Below, in pieces: positions 46,192 to 56,022 of a stretch of DNA of 64,000 nucleotides. The stretch comes from a virus. Under the pieces are notes generated by a model. That model saw nothing but the letters and a program-made list of their open reading frames with translations. It had not been told where the DNA came from and searched no databases. The position numbers and the translations under genes are program-made. The stretch covers positions 1 through 64,000 of IMG/VR virus record IMGVR_UViG_3300005613_000046, one strand, 5' to 3'. The stretch's first letter is position 1; each line of letters starts with the position of its first letter.

Positions 46192-47398
46192 CAATAAACT
46201 CCCTCCAAAAATCTTTTCTAAATTTAGAAACAACTTTATGATTAACAGTCAACTGACCAACAGCACACAACTCCATTAGATCTTTAAACTTTTTACTGTC
46301 AAGTGCCTTTTTAATATTAGATAAATTTCCAACATCATCGACGATTGCGTATGCAAATTGTGTTAATCCATATTCGCCAGTTTCATCCACGTAATTACCA
46401 ATAGATGAAATACGACCATTACTCCAAATAACTTTTGGTTTACCAAAATGACCTTTTTGATTAGTTGATGAATAATAAAAAGTTGGTTGACTTAAATAAT
46501 CAACAGTATAAACAATAGGATAGATATAATCATCTGTTTGAGTTTTTGACATCCATTTTTTACGAGTTTCATAATCAGAATAACTATGAATCATTTCAAC
46601 GGTTTTTTCACCTTCTTTTGCAAATAAAATAGATAATAAATCGATTCCCCCATTTGGTATAAACTCTAATTCGTCCAAAACTAATTGTTTAACTTGACCA
46701 TCTTGAAATCTAACAGTAGTTTCCGATCCATTATTTGGTGTGTTTTGGAGTACGTAATAATCATAACGTGTTTCCGCTCCAAATGTTTTCATACCATCTT
46801 TTTCATTATGAATTGATAAGAATGACACTTTTTTAGATCGTATTACTTCTTGAACGTCTTTAAATTTACCTGTAATATTTCTCCAACCGGATGGATGAAT
46901 TAGTGATAGATAACCCCCTTCAGTTAATAAATCTATAGATATGTGAAAAAATTTATTCCACAATGGTTCTGTTTTTTTAGGTCCCACTTTTTCTTGATAT
47001 GGCGAATTTCCAATTACAACATCAAATCTCATTTTAGTCTTATACAATAAGTAATCCCCTTCGATTACATTTATAAATCCCTGTCTACGTAATTGTCGAC
47101 AGAGCCACGGGTTTATTTCATTTAAGTATAACATATTTTCTAAAATATGTCTACTTCTTTCCTCATTATTTATAAATATCGTTGAAAGTCCTTCCATGTA
47201 TCTCCAATAAAGAATGATGGCATGTGTTCCGTGACCCGCAGCGGGTATTAACCATTTTGTATTTGGAATGGTATAATCACACGGTATCTTATCTATTTGA
47301 TTCTCACATAACCAAATAGGTGTAGGTCCATCAATACCTTCAAATCCCCTGAAGTATTCAGAGTTACGATCGGATTTAAGTTTATCAATTGTAATCAT
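46184..47398 (-). CDS. Eco57I-like (gamma class) adenine methyltransferase
   Basis: PAAGHG, FDVVIGNSPYQ, LWNKF, LSLIHPSGW; TATATTTG at 47403-47410. Confidence 0.8.
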   Translation of the reverse strand: MITIDKLKSDRNSEYFRGFEGIDGPTPIWLCENQIDKIPCDYTIPNTKWLIPAAGHGTHAIILYWRYMEGLSTIFINNEERSRHILENMLYLNEINPWLCRQLRRQGFINVIEGDYLLYKTKMRFDVVIGNSPYQEKVGPKKTEPLWNKFFHISIDLLTEGGYLSLIHPSGWRNITGKFKDVQEVIRSKKVSFLSIHNEKDGMKTFGAETRYDYYVLQNTPNNGSETTVRFQDGQVKQLVLDELEFIPNGGIDLLSILFAKEGEKTVEMIHSYSDYETRKKWMSKTQTDDYIYPIVYTVDYLSQPTFYYSSTNQKGHFGKPKVIWSNGRISSIGNYVDETGEYGLTQFAYAIVDDVGNLSNIKKALDSKKFKDLMELCAVGQLTVNHKVVSKFRKDFWREFIDE

Positions 47399-47415
47399 AC
47401 TACAAATATATAAAA

Positions 47416-49701
47416 TTAAAATTTCTCAGCATAATTTTTGAAATAGAAGTCCATTTCATATTGATCAATAAAACCAACATTATTCCAATATTTTTCAAAT
47501 GTAGATTGAGAAATACCAAAAGCACCTAGAAACATTCCTTCCAAATCTCGGTAAGTATCTAATAAACCATTTAAAGTTTCACACCCTTCAGATTTTAAAA
47601 CATAGGGGACACGCGACATAATCGTAGCCCATTTTTCTTTAATGTCCTCAAATTCCTGTTTAGTAATATTTTTAACTTCGGTATTAGTATTAATATTCTT
47701 ATTGTTTTTACCACCATCAATCCCATTATTATTTAGTACGAGAGATTCTTTTGAAGAGTTCTTTTTTTCAACATTACTTAAATCCGAAGTCATATTCTCC
47801 AAATCAATACCGTCCCAAGACATCAAATACCCGATTGATCTCATCATATTACCAAAGTTGTAAGATTCGGTTTTAAGAGTATCAAAATTAACATCAACCA
47901 TTTCATTTACGGCACCTCCAATCATGATGTTAAAGTTCTTATACCATTGACGGAGAATATTGTCTTTTTCTTCACCTTTTAATCCATTAATTTTCATTCT
48001 TTCATTCTGAATTAAAAAATGACGCTGAGGATTCATGTCATAGAAATAAGCCCTTTTATTTGGATTATTACTATCGGGATTAGTTGGTCTGAAAGCAAAT
48101 TGTAGATATTTGAACATTGATGTCCCATCTGACATATTAATGGCACAATCCCACTCAGGAACAGTTTCACCTTCAATCAACATGTCCGAAAGAAGAGTAA
48201 TAGTTTTTTTACCACTCAAAAGAGCCTTATCCAATTGACTTCTATTAAAGGTTTTACCTGTTGCCGCAACAATAACATAATCCTCATTTAACTCTGAACC
48301 ATCCAAAAGTTGTTTAACCATTTTCGTACCGTCTACATTTGAAGGCATCATGATAACAACGTGATTGTGTTTACCAAAAAAATTATATGTATCATCAAAT
48401 TTGTTAGTATAACCAAAAAAATCCTTAAAAAATTTCAGAACAGATTGGTGATAAATTAAACCATTCTTGTTATTCGAAAAAAACTTTGTAAATGTAAAAT
48501 ATCCTGTTTCATCATTTACACATTTTTTGTAGTCACCGACACTAACCTCTGAAAGTTTAATGAGTTGAGTTTTTAAAATAATAGCATCACTCCAAACACC
48601 ATTCTTTTTATCTTCTTTCTGAGATACTTCATCGTAGATGAACGTATTTTCATCATTGAACTGTAACTTACCCGTTTGTTTCTGTGGAGTACCTGAGATA
48701 AATATCTTACGGGTTTCTTTAAATTTATTAAGAAACTTTTGTCCTTTTTCGGTTTCTACACCATTATGTGATTCATCAATAATAATAAAATCCCAGTCTT
48801 GGTTCTCAATAAAAATTAACACATCTTCGTTCTTATCATTTTCCAATAATTGTTTACTAGCGGTAACGATACATTTATTTGGTAAATCTTTGATGTCCTT
48901 TGATAATTTTAATGAAACATATTCATAGTCCGAAAACTTAATATGGTTATTAACGTCAGTCTCAAGTGAACGAAAAACACCAGGTTTATTAGTCCATACA
49001 AGAATACGTGCGGTTGTATTTTTCTTCAGAATCTCAACAACTGAATAAAGAAATGTAAAGTTTTTACCAAATCTCATAATTGCACCCAAAAGAAATTCTT
49101 TATACATTCCTTTAGTAAATGCATTAACCATCTTTTCAATCGCATGTTTTTGCGGAATACGAGGTTCATACGTTTCTTTTTTTCCACCATCAAAAAGGTA
49201 ATTATACACCAACTCAATAAGTTCATCAAGATTTTTATTCAACCAATATTCATCACCATCAAAACCATCGTGTGAGATAAACCCATTGTCTTTTCGGATT
49301 TTCTCTTCAAGTTGTCTTACTGTTTTAACCCCAAATTTATTCAAAATATCATTACTTACCGTAATAACATCAATAACAACAAAAGGGTCTTTAATATTGT
49401 AACGGTCACGAGACGAACCAATGGTTTCACCAATAGGTAATTCAGCCTTACCTAATTTAGGTACCGATTTACCCATATATTTTTTCAATTGTGATAATGG
49501 AACACCAATGTAAAGATATTTCCCTTTTGAATGGAAACAATCATTATTTGGGTCCATAGTGGTTAAGACACGACCATTTGATTTAGGTACAGTTACCAAA
49601 CCTAACATTCCTCTTTCGACTTTTGAAAGTAAGTCTTTGATTCTTTTAGTTCTTTCTGCGGAACGTTGTTTTTGTGTTGGTTTGTGTTTAGATTTCGTCA
49701 T
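47416..49701 (-). CDS. SF2 helicase / restriction (Res)-like subunit
   Basis: PRIPQ, AIMRFGKN, IIIDESH, ISGTP, EGETVPEWD, YLQFAFR; ATG 49701 follows TATCTTTG at 49725-49732. Confidence 0.75.
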   Translation of the reverse strand: MTKSKHKPTQKQRSAERTKRIKDLLSKVERGMLGLVTVPKSNGRVLTTMDPNNDCFHSKGKYLYIGVPLSQLKKYMGKSVPKLGKAELPIGETIGSSRDRYNIKDPFVVIDVITVSNDILNKFGVKTVRQLEEKIRKDNGFISHDGFDGDEYWLNKNLDELIELVYNYLFDGGKKETYEPRIPQKHAIEKMVNAFTKGMYKEFLLGAIMRFGKNFTFLYSVVEILKKNTTARILVWTNKPGVFRSLETDVNNHIKFSDYEYVSLKLSKDIKDLPNKCIVTASKQLLENDKNEDVLIFIENQDWDFIIIDESHNGVETEKGQKFLNKFKETRKIFISGTPQKQTGKLQFNDENTFIYDEVSQKEDKKNGVWSDAIILKTQLIKLSEVSVGDYKKCVNDETGYFTFTKFFSNNKNGLIYHQSVLKFFKDFFGYTNKFDDTYNFFGKHNHVVIMMPSNVDGTKMVKQLLDGSELNEDYVIVAATGKTFNRSQLDKALLSGKKTITLLSDMLIEGETVPEWDCAINMSDGTSMFKYLQFAFRPTNPDSNNPNKRAYFYDMNPQRHFLIQNERMKINGLKGEEKDNILRQWYKNFNIMIGGAVNEMVDVNFDTLKTESYNFGNMMRSIGYLMSWDGIDLENMTSDLSNVEKKNSSKESLVLNNNGIDGGKNNKNINTNTEVKNITKQEFEDIKEKWATIMSRVPYVLKSEGCETLNGLLDTYRDLEGMFLGAFGISQSTFEKYWNNVGFIDQYEMDFYFKNYAEKF

Positions 49702-49736
49702 CTTTTGTTTATTTAATGGTATTACAAAGATATATA

Positions 49737-49764
49737 AAAAAACCAAACTCACATGAATTTGGTT
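49737..49764 (-). terminator. intrinsic terminator
   Basis: minus strand AACCAAAT-TCATGTGA-GTTTGGTT followed by T residues, after sbcC. Confidence 0.55.
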
Positions 49765-49788
49765 AAAAAATTTAAATAATTTTTTAAT

Positions 49789-52161
49789 TTACAAAACTTT
49801 AGAGAGATTATTCTCTTTTTTAATTTTAACTACATAATCATTCATCTGAGTCACTAATGGATTATGACTTATAATAAAAATTTTATCAAAATATTCTTTA
49901 ATTTTAACAAAAAACTCGGTAACCATTTCAAGGTTTTCATTACTTATTTTACCAAACACCTCATCGAATACAATAATCCCGGGATGTGGTAAAGTACATA
50001 TCTTACTAAGTACCGATCTCAATGCCAAAGACGATATTGTTTTTTCAAATCCCGAACCACTGGTCATTAACTTCTCAATTCCCGTGCCATTGTCAATTTG
50101 AACAAATTCAACTTCATTTTTGTCAGATATTCTAATTTCAAGTTTGAAATAACAAGAGTCTTCCATTAGTCGTTGGAGTTCTGAGTTGATTAAAGGCATC
50201 ATGGTTTTCATTATGATTTTAGAAACGCCATTTTTACCAAAAGCTTCAAGATAGATTTTATAAATCTTTTCTTTCTCTTCTTCCTCTTTGATTTTAACAA
50301 TCATCTTCTTATTGTTTTCAATCTTCTCTTCTAACGAAGAAATGGAAACTTTGTTACCAGAAATTAAAGAATTTATTTTTGTTTTTTCTCTTTCAAGTTC
50401 CTCAAGTCTTAAATCCGCCTTAATCAACTGACCTTCAATTTTTTGATTTTCAGAAATCTTGTCCTGAATTTCTTCCCACCTTTTAAGTTTGTCTTTCAAC
50501 GAACTTATTTTCAAATCACAACTTTCAACTGAAATTTCATACTTTTCTTTAACTAGTTTGTTTTTTTCATATTCATCAAACTCCTTTTTTAACTGAACAA
50601 AACTTTGTTCTTTGACGGATAATTCCGTCATAAGTGTCGTTTTTGTGGTTTTTTGCACAATTAACCCATCTAACTCCGCAATTTTAGAATTTGTGATTGC
50701 TGCGTTCATTAACTCAATTCCGCAGTGAGCACATTTAATTCCGCCCTCTACTTCAGACTTTAATTTATTAATTGATGAAATTTCCGTATCAATCTGAATG
50801 ATCTCTTTATAAACCTCGTTGTATTGTTCTTTAACCTCATCGTGTTTATCCTCGTGATAATACTCACTTGGTTCAACAACTTTAAGTTCGTTGATTTTAG
50901 AAATATAACCCTTCTTTTCAAAATCAATCGTGTTGATCTCTTCTTGAACTTGAGTCGGATTTAATCTACTAATTTCTTGATCAATGTTGGAATGTTTTTT
51001 CTTTAACATGTCATCACGATAAGTTTTACCTTTGGTGATTGCATCTTCAACATTAGATAATTCTTTTTTACTATCCTCTATTTGAGTGTTAAGTGTTTGA
51101 ATTGATGTTTGGTGAGTTGTGATATCATCTTTTAATTGTTCAGATGAATATACATTTGACAATTTTTGCTTTGAGAACTCTCCGTAGATTTCTTTTGCAA
51201 CTTCTTCTTTCTTTTTTAAAAACTCAAGTCCCATAAATCTTGATAATACCTGACCCCGAGCAGTTGGCTTTGACTCCAACAATTCTTCAAGGTTTGATCC
51301 TGTTGTTAGAATTGTCATTAAGAAGTCTTCTTTAGTTCCGATTGATGTTTTGATAAACGCTTCGGTTTCTCTTCTTTGTTCTCCTGTAAAGTTCAATAAA
51401 GTTCCATCAGATAGTTTTTTAAAGAAGTCCAATTCGGTTTTAACATTCCATTCACCCTTTTTGGACATCTTTCTTTCAATGTTTCTAACAATCACATAAT
51501 CTTCACCATCAATTGTGATTTCACCTTTCACATGAACTTTATCTTTGTTTGAAAATCTGTTGAATATCTCTTCAGCCTTTGTTGTCTTTGTTGTTTCATT
51601 AAAGAATAAGAACATTAAAAGATCCACCGTTAATACGGTTTTACCCCCGAAATTTGGTGGATCTGACTCTACCACTACAATACCATTTAACTTATCAAAA
51701 TCTAATCTTTGATTTTCACCATAAGATAAAAAGTTTGAGAACTCAATGTTTCTAATATACCACTTTTTAAACTGAGACTGGTTTTCTTCATCACCATTCA
51801 TTTTGTTTTCAACCATTCTGTTGATTGACAAAATATCATCAGTCTTATCTTTGTGTCCTTTTGACTCAATGAAGTTCTTTAATAGATCCAATTGATAGTT
51901 TGCATCACTGATGTTTACTGAAACATCAATAGATTGCATATCCTCAGTTTGAGTTGTTTTTGCTTTCGTTAAAACATTCACATTGGTTGTGTTATACTTT
52001 TTTGAAAAGTAATGTTTAACACTTTTGATTTTATCTTGTGTGAAGTTTTCTGCGAAGTCTTCCCAAACAACTTGTATAATGGGATTTTCAAAACTTGAAA
52101 AGTCCAAATCTTTTATCATGATTTTATAATTAAATAATTTTGGCGGATTAAATAAATCCAT
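49789..52161 (-). CDS. sbcC: SbcC/Rad50-like (T4 gp46-like) ATPase
   Basis: FSNFLSYG, NFGGKT, long coiled coil with CAHC hook, SGFE signature, VFDEVF, IISHN. Confidence 0.88.
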   Translation of the reverse strand: MDLFNPPKLFNYKIMIKDLDFSSFENPIIQVVWEDFAENFTQDKIKSVKHYFSKKYNTTNVNVLTKAKTTQTEDMQSIDVSVNISDANYQLDLLKNFIESKGHKDKTDDILSINRMVENKMNGDEENQSQFKKWYIRNIEFSNFLSYGENQRLDFDKLNGIVVVESDPPNFGGKTVLTVDLLMFLFFNETTKTTKAEEIFNRFSNKDKVHVKGEITIDGEDYVIVRNIERKMSKKGEWNVKTELDFFKKLSDGTLLNFTGEQRRETEAFIKTSIGTKEDFLMTILTTGSNLEELLESKPTARGQVLSRFMGLEFLKKKEEVAKEIYGEFSKQKLSNVYSSEQLKDDITTHQTSIQTLNTQIEDSKKELSNVEDAITKGKTYRDDMLKKKHSNIDQEISRLNPTQVQEEINTIDFEKKGYISKINELKVVEPSEYYHEDKHDEVKEQYNEVYKEIIQIDTEISSINKLKSEVEGGIKCAHCGIELMNAAITNSKIAELDGLIVQKTTKTTLMTELSVKEQSFVQLKKEFDEYEKNKLVKEKYEISVESCDLKISSLKDKLKRWEEIQDKISENQKIEGQLIKADLRLEELEREKTKINSLISGNKVSISSLEEKIENNKKMIVKIKEEEEKEKIYKIYLEAFGKNGVSKIIMKTMMPLINSELQRLMEDSCYFKLEIRISDKNEVEFVQIDNGTGIEKLMTSGSGFEKTISSLALRSVLSKICTLPHPGIIVFDEVFGKISNENLEMVTEFFVKIKEYFDKIFIISHNPLVTQMNDYVVKIKKENNLSKVL

Positions 52162-52163
52162 TT

Positions 52164-52448
52164 TTATTCTTCTGTCGGTAGTTCCTCTTCAAATTCTTTA
52201 TTAATTTTTGCCGAGGCTTCTTCATTTGGTGTAAATTTGAATGCGTGTTCGATAGCCTTATCTTCAACAACTTCAAAGTTGACTTCCTGACCTTTATTTT
52301 CAATCGTGAAGTCTTTTTCTTCTTTCATTTTTTCTAATTGTTGCTGAAGAAGTAAATCAAATGCTTTTTGCATTCCTGATTTTTGTTGTTTAATTTTTGC
52401 ATTTCTTTTTGCAACTTTTGCTCTGTGTTCTTTTGCCGCTTTTCCCAT
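52164..52448 (-). CDS. hypothetical protein
   Basis: ATG 52448 (MGKAAKEHRAKVAKRN). Confidence 0.65.
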   Translation of the reverse strand: MGKAAKEHRAKVAKRNAKIKQQKSGMQKAFDLLLQQQLEKMKEEKDFTIENKGQEVNFEVVEDKAIEHAFKFTPNEEASAKINKEFEEELPTEE

Positions 52449-52461
52449 TTTGTTTTGATTA

Positions 52462-52812
52462 TTAATTATTACTTGGTCTATTTTCTTCAAACCATTCGAT
52501 TATTCCGTTAATTGCCCATACCGCCCCTGCAGAAGTGATACCGTCAAAAAACCAAGAATACCAAATTGGTGTGTTAAACATATGATTTGTAGGTGAAAAA
52601 ATCAATAAGGATAAAACAAATCCTCCCCATGTTGAAAAACATAAAGGGCAATTTATAATCCCTGATAAAAATTTTCCAAGAAAACTGAAAGGTAAATTTT
52701 GTCCGTCTCTCCATCTTCCTAAAAAATCTCTTAGTCCTTGAAATATTGATCCGTAGACCATAATGTTCATTAATCCATAACTCATGATGAACCATACTAA
52801 AACTTGTGTCAT
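52462..52812 (-). CDS. membrane protein (DUF1360-like)
   Basis: SIFQGLRD...IINCPLCFSTW; three hydrophobic segments. Confidence 0.65.
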   Translation of the reverse strand: MTQVLVWFIMSYGLMNIMVYGSIFQGLRDFLGRWRDGQNLPFSFLGKFLSGIINCPLCFSTWGGFVLSLLIFSPTNHMFNTPIWYSWFFDGITSAGAVWAINGIIEWFEENRPSNN

Positions 52813-53786
52813 ATTCGTCTATTTAAATTTGATCCCCTAAGTAGATAAGCCTGATTTTGGTTACCATTCAAAAGGTCTCGGTTTATTTTTTCTAATTCTT
52901 TTATTTGTTCGTTTTTTTGTTGTAATTCACCTCTTATATTTTGAATTGTTTGTTGAAGTAATTTTACCTTGTCGTTATCTTCTTTAATGTCTAACTTTTG
53001 TCTAAGTTCGTCTAAAGTTTGGCTAAGTTCATCTAGTTCTTCGTTCTTTTTAGCTGTTTCATTTTCCAACTGTTCGATTTTTCCGAATAGTTCATTTTCA
53101 ATTTTTTGGTCACGAATGTATTCTATATTTGTGACAATTTTTTCAACTGGAACTTCAACAATCTTTTCAACTTCTTTAACGATCTCAACAATTCTATCCA
53201 CCGGAACTTCAACAATCTTTTCTATTGGTGGTTTATTCTGTAGTCGTTCAATCTTATTTGATAGTTCTTTTATTTGTTCATCGTCCGTAATGTAAATTTC
53301 TTTTTCAATTACTCGATCAACAGGGACTTCTTTTATAACCTCTTGAATAACGACTTTTTCAACAGGTATTTCTTTGGTCACTTCAACTATCTTTTCGACT
53401 ATTCTATCAATTGGAACTTCAACGATTTTTTCAACTTCTTTGATTACTTCCACCGGAACTTCTTTGATAATCTCAACTGGGACTTCAACTTCTTTAACAA
53501 CTTCAACAATTCTATCAACAGGAACCTCAACAATTTTCTCTACCTCTTTTATCACTTCAACAGGTATTTCTACTCGTTTTTCAACAATTACCTCTTTAAT
53601 TAAGTCTTTTTCACCATCATTAAGTGTTTTTCCTAAAAGTCCATATCTTTTAATATCGAACCCTTGTTTAAAACATAGATACATGAAGTTATCCACATCT
53701 TTAATTTCTTGTGATTCACAAAATGCAGACACTGCCTGCATTATTTCTTTATTAAAGATTTTGGAGTTTTTCGATTCCATTTTCAA
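52809..53786 (-). CDS. articulin-like repeat coiled-coil protein
   Basis: many EKIVEVPV/EVPVE units followed by coiled coil. Confidence 0.75.
   Translation of the reverse strand: MKMESKNSKIFNKEIMQAVSAFCESQEIKDVDNFMYLCFKQGFDIKRYGLLGKTLNDGEKDLIKEVIVEKRVEIPVEVIKEVEKIVEVPVDRIVEVVKEVEVPVEIIKEVPVEVIKEVEKIVEVPIDRIVEKIVEVTKEIPVEKVVIQEVIKEVPVDRVIEKEIYITDDEQIKELSNKIERLQNKPPIEKIVEVPVDRIVEIVKEVEKIVEVPVEKIVTNIEYIRDQKIENELFGKIEQLENETAKKNEELDELSQTLDELRQKLDIKEDNDKVKLLQQTIQNIRGELQQKNEQIKELEKINRDLLNGNQNQAYLLRGSNLNRRI
53130..53595 (-). repeat. articulin/alveolin-like VEVPV coding repeats
   Basis: tandem units; 29-nt identity with 42153-42181 at 53503-53531. Confidence 0.85.
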
Positions 53787-54531
53787 TATCTTCGAATGAC
53801 TTTATGGAGAATTTCATAAATGGTTTTGGGTTTGGTAGATCAACATAAGAATATTCTTTTGTTTCAACATCATAAATTCCATAACCATGTCTTCCAATAC
53901 TTTCTCCAATGTTCTGTTGAATTGGTGAACCGATCATATATCCCTTCCCTGTTTTGAATTTGAACTCTTGGCGTTTATGAATATCACCACATAATACTGC
54001 TTCAAGTCCATCAAACTTTTCAACGTCATATGCCTCTTCACCAAAATCAAAACCAAGATCAGTTTTCATTCCTTGTATTGGTCCGTGAAATAAACCAATT
54101 CTCACACCTTTAGCATCTGTAATGTCAGGTGGAATGTTTCCTTGATATTGTGAATATACACACCAACTAATATTATCATCTTCATAAACACCTCTATCTT
54201 TATAATAAACAATATTTTTACTATTAAGTGAGTTAATAATTGGTGATAGAGCATCCAATCTTTCAGTATTATTTACCAAAAAGTCGTGATTACCAGGTAT
54301 GATAATTGTTTTTGCAATAAACGAACATTCAGTTAAAATCCAACTAACCATTTCAATAAGTTCAGGTGTCATTTGGTTTTTAGAATGAACCAAATCGCCC
54401 GTAAAAACGATGCGATCAGGTTCTAATTCTCTCCATTGTTCAATTGCGGTTTCTAAAATAGACTTATATAGATCGTGATCTTTGAATAGTCTAATGTGTA
54501 GATCAGAAAAATGTATTAGTTTTTTAATCAT
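53752..54531 (-). CDS. sbcD: SbcD/Mre11-like (T4 gp47-like) nuclease
   Basis: SDLHI, TGDLVH, PGNHD, FHGP, CGDIHKRQ, GSPIQQNIGE. Confidence 0.88.
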   Translation of the reverse strand: MIKKLIHFSDLHIRLFKDHDLYKSILETAIEQWRELEPDRIVFTGDLVHSKNQMTPELIEMVSWILTECSFIAKTIIIPGNHDFLVNNTERLDALSPIINSLNSKNIVYYKDRGVYEDDNISWCVYSQYQGNIPPDITDAKGVRIGLFHGPIQGMKTDLGFDFGEEAYDVEKFDGLEAVLCGDIHKRQEFKFKTGKGYMIGSPIQQNIGESIGRHGYGIYDVETKEYSYVDLPNPKPFMKFSIKSFEDIENGIEKLQNL

Positions 54532-54540
54532 AATTTTTAA

Positions 54541-55308
54541 TTAAAACGGATAACAATTCTCAACCATTTCATATTTTTTATTCGCAATTTTTTTAACTTT
54601 TGAAACTGGGAAATCAAAATCTTCTGTTTCAATCGCTTCTTCACAAGAGTAATACATTGATTCTTGACGATCTGTAATATGATCCCACTTACCCTCTTGT
54701 TTCCAATCTTGGAATAATTCTCTTAATCTTTCTTCGTCCATTTCTTCAACTTCTTCAGCTTTAGTATATGAATTTTCGTTTATCTCACCTAAAATCCATT
54801 CTTTAACATCTTCAATGTCTTCATCACCAGTAACTTCATAACCCGGATCAAACATTCCTTCAGATTCAATGGTTTCTTCATCTTCGGCGTAAACTCCGTT
54901 CCAAACAACTGCGGTTCCAATATTAGTTTCAAATTCATCATACCATTTACAGGTAATTCTAACGTCCTCAAATTCAGAAATACAAATTGAGTAAAGTTTA
55001 ATTAAAAATCCATCAGGAATATAAGAAGGAGTTTCTAATTTAATAATATCGTCAACACCTCCAGTGATCCATTTAGTTCCAACATTATCATAAAGCCATC
55101 CATGATTTACACCTGAATCTGTAATTGGATATTCAGTTTCACCATTGTTATAAGGTTTTTTAAGTTCATCTTCGGTGTAAAATGTTTGAACAATAACTTT
55201 TGTTTCTTGTCCGTATTCTGCTTTTGGCATGTTGTCAAACATGTTACAGATTTTATCCATTGCCTCTTCGGGTTCAATAGTTACTTGTGAATAAATAAAA
55301 TTTGCCAT
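54541..55308 (-). CDS. acidic hypothetical protein (YubB ferredoxin-like resemblance)
   Basis: WLYDNVGTKW segment. Confidence 0.55.
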   Translation of the reverse strand: MANFIYSQVTIEPEEAMDKICNMFDNMPKAEYGQETKVIVQTFYTEDELKKPYNNGETEYPITDSGVNHGWLYDNVGTKWITGGVDDIIKLETPSYIPDGFLIKLYSICISEFEDVRITCKWYDEFETNIGTAVVWNGVYAEDEETIESEGMFDPGYEVTGDEDIEDVKEWILGEINENSYTKAEEVEEMDEERLRELFQDWKQEGKWDHITDRQESMYYSCEEAIETEDFDFPVSKVKKIANKKYEMVENCYPF

Positions 55309-55319
55309 TTTTGTTTTTT

Positions 55320-55559
55320 TTAATCGTTTAATTGTTGTTTATTTTCAAATGTAATATCCCAAGATGGTGATATTGGGTCATGTTTAGGTATTGGGTTAAC
55401 AGGAACTGGTATCTGCTCAAATTGTCTAATTGACACCTGTGGTTTTTCATCAACAACCAAATTCATTTTTTCAACGATCGGCGTAATTTCAATCTGTTTA
55501 TTTTCAAGTTTACCGGTTAAATAACCTTCTAACCACGCAAAAAATTCTTTATGTGTCAT
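55320..55559 (-). CDS. hypothetical protein
   Basis: MTHKEFFAWLEGYL start. Confidence 0.65.
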   Translation of the reverse strand: MTHKEFFAWLEGYLTGKLENKQIEITPIVEKMNLVVDEKPQVSIRQFEQIPVPVNPIPKHDPISPSWDITFENKQQLND

Positions 55560-55702
55560 CTTAATTCTCTACTATAAAGGTTTGCCAAAATAATTCTTGC
55601 GAATTTAAATTCTTTTGATCTGTTTAATCTCAAACCATAAGTTGATGCAATACTGTTCAAATAAGGCATCGCCTGAGATATTGTCATTTTACCTATTTCC
55701 AT
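55556..55702 (-). CDS. small hypothetical protein (48 aa), not in ORF track
   Basis: MEIGKMTISQAMPYLNSIASTYGLRLNRSKEFKFARIILANLYSRELR; overlaps both neighbours. Confidence 0.6.
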   Translation of the reverse strand: MEIGKMTISQAMPYLNSIASTYGLRLNRSKEFKFARIILANLYSRELR

Positions 55703-55920
55703 TAGTCAATGAATAATTCAAAATCACCATTAACATGTCCACATTCATTACACATGTATGTTGGAAATGGAACAATTGTGTCTTCGTGACTTCCTGTTAA
55801 TAATTTAGGAACTTTTTTTAACATAGTTACTTCTTTGAAGAATCTTGACTCACACTTTTCGCATTTAATCGTTTCTTGTTCTTTCAAATTAATTTTTGGT
55901 CTGATAATATCGTCGCTCAT
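55702..55920 (-). CDS. small zinc-ribbon protein
   Basis: CEKC...CNECGH. Confidence 0.7.
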   Translation of the reverse strand: MSDDIIRPKINLKEQETIKCEKCESRFFKEVTMLKKVPKLLTGSHEDTIVPFPTYMCNECGHVNGDFELFID

Positions 55921-56022
55921 TTTGTTATATATTTTATGTTTATTTTAATTGTTGATATATGATCCCAACTAGTTGTCGTGACCCATATTGGTGTAATTGT
56001 ATTTTCCATAATAAATTATAGT

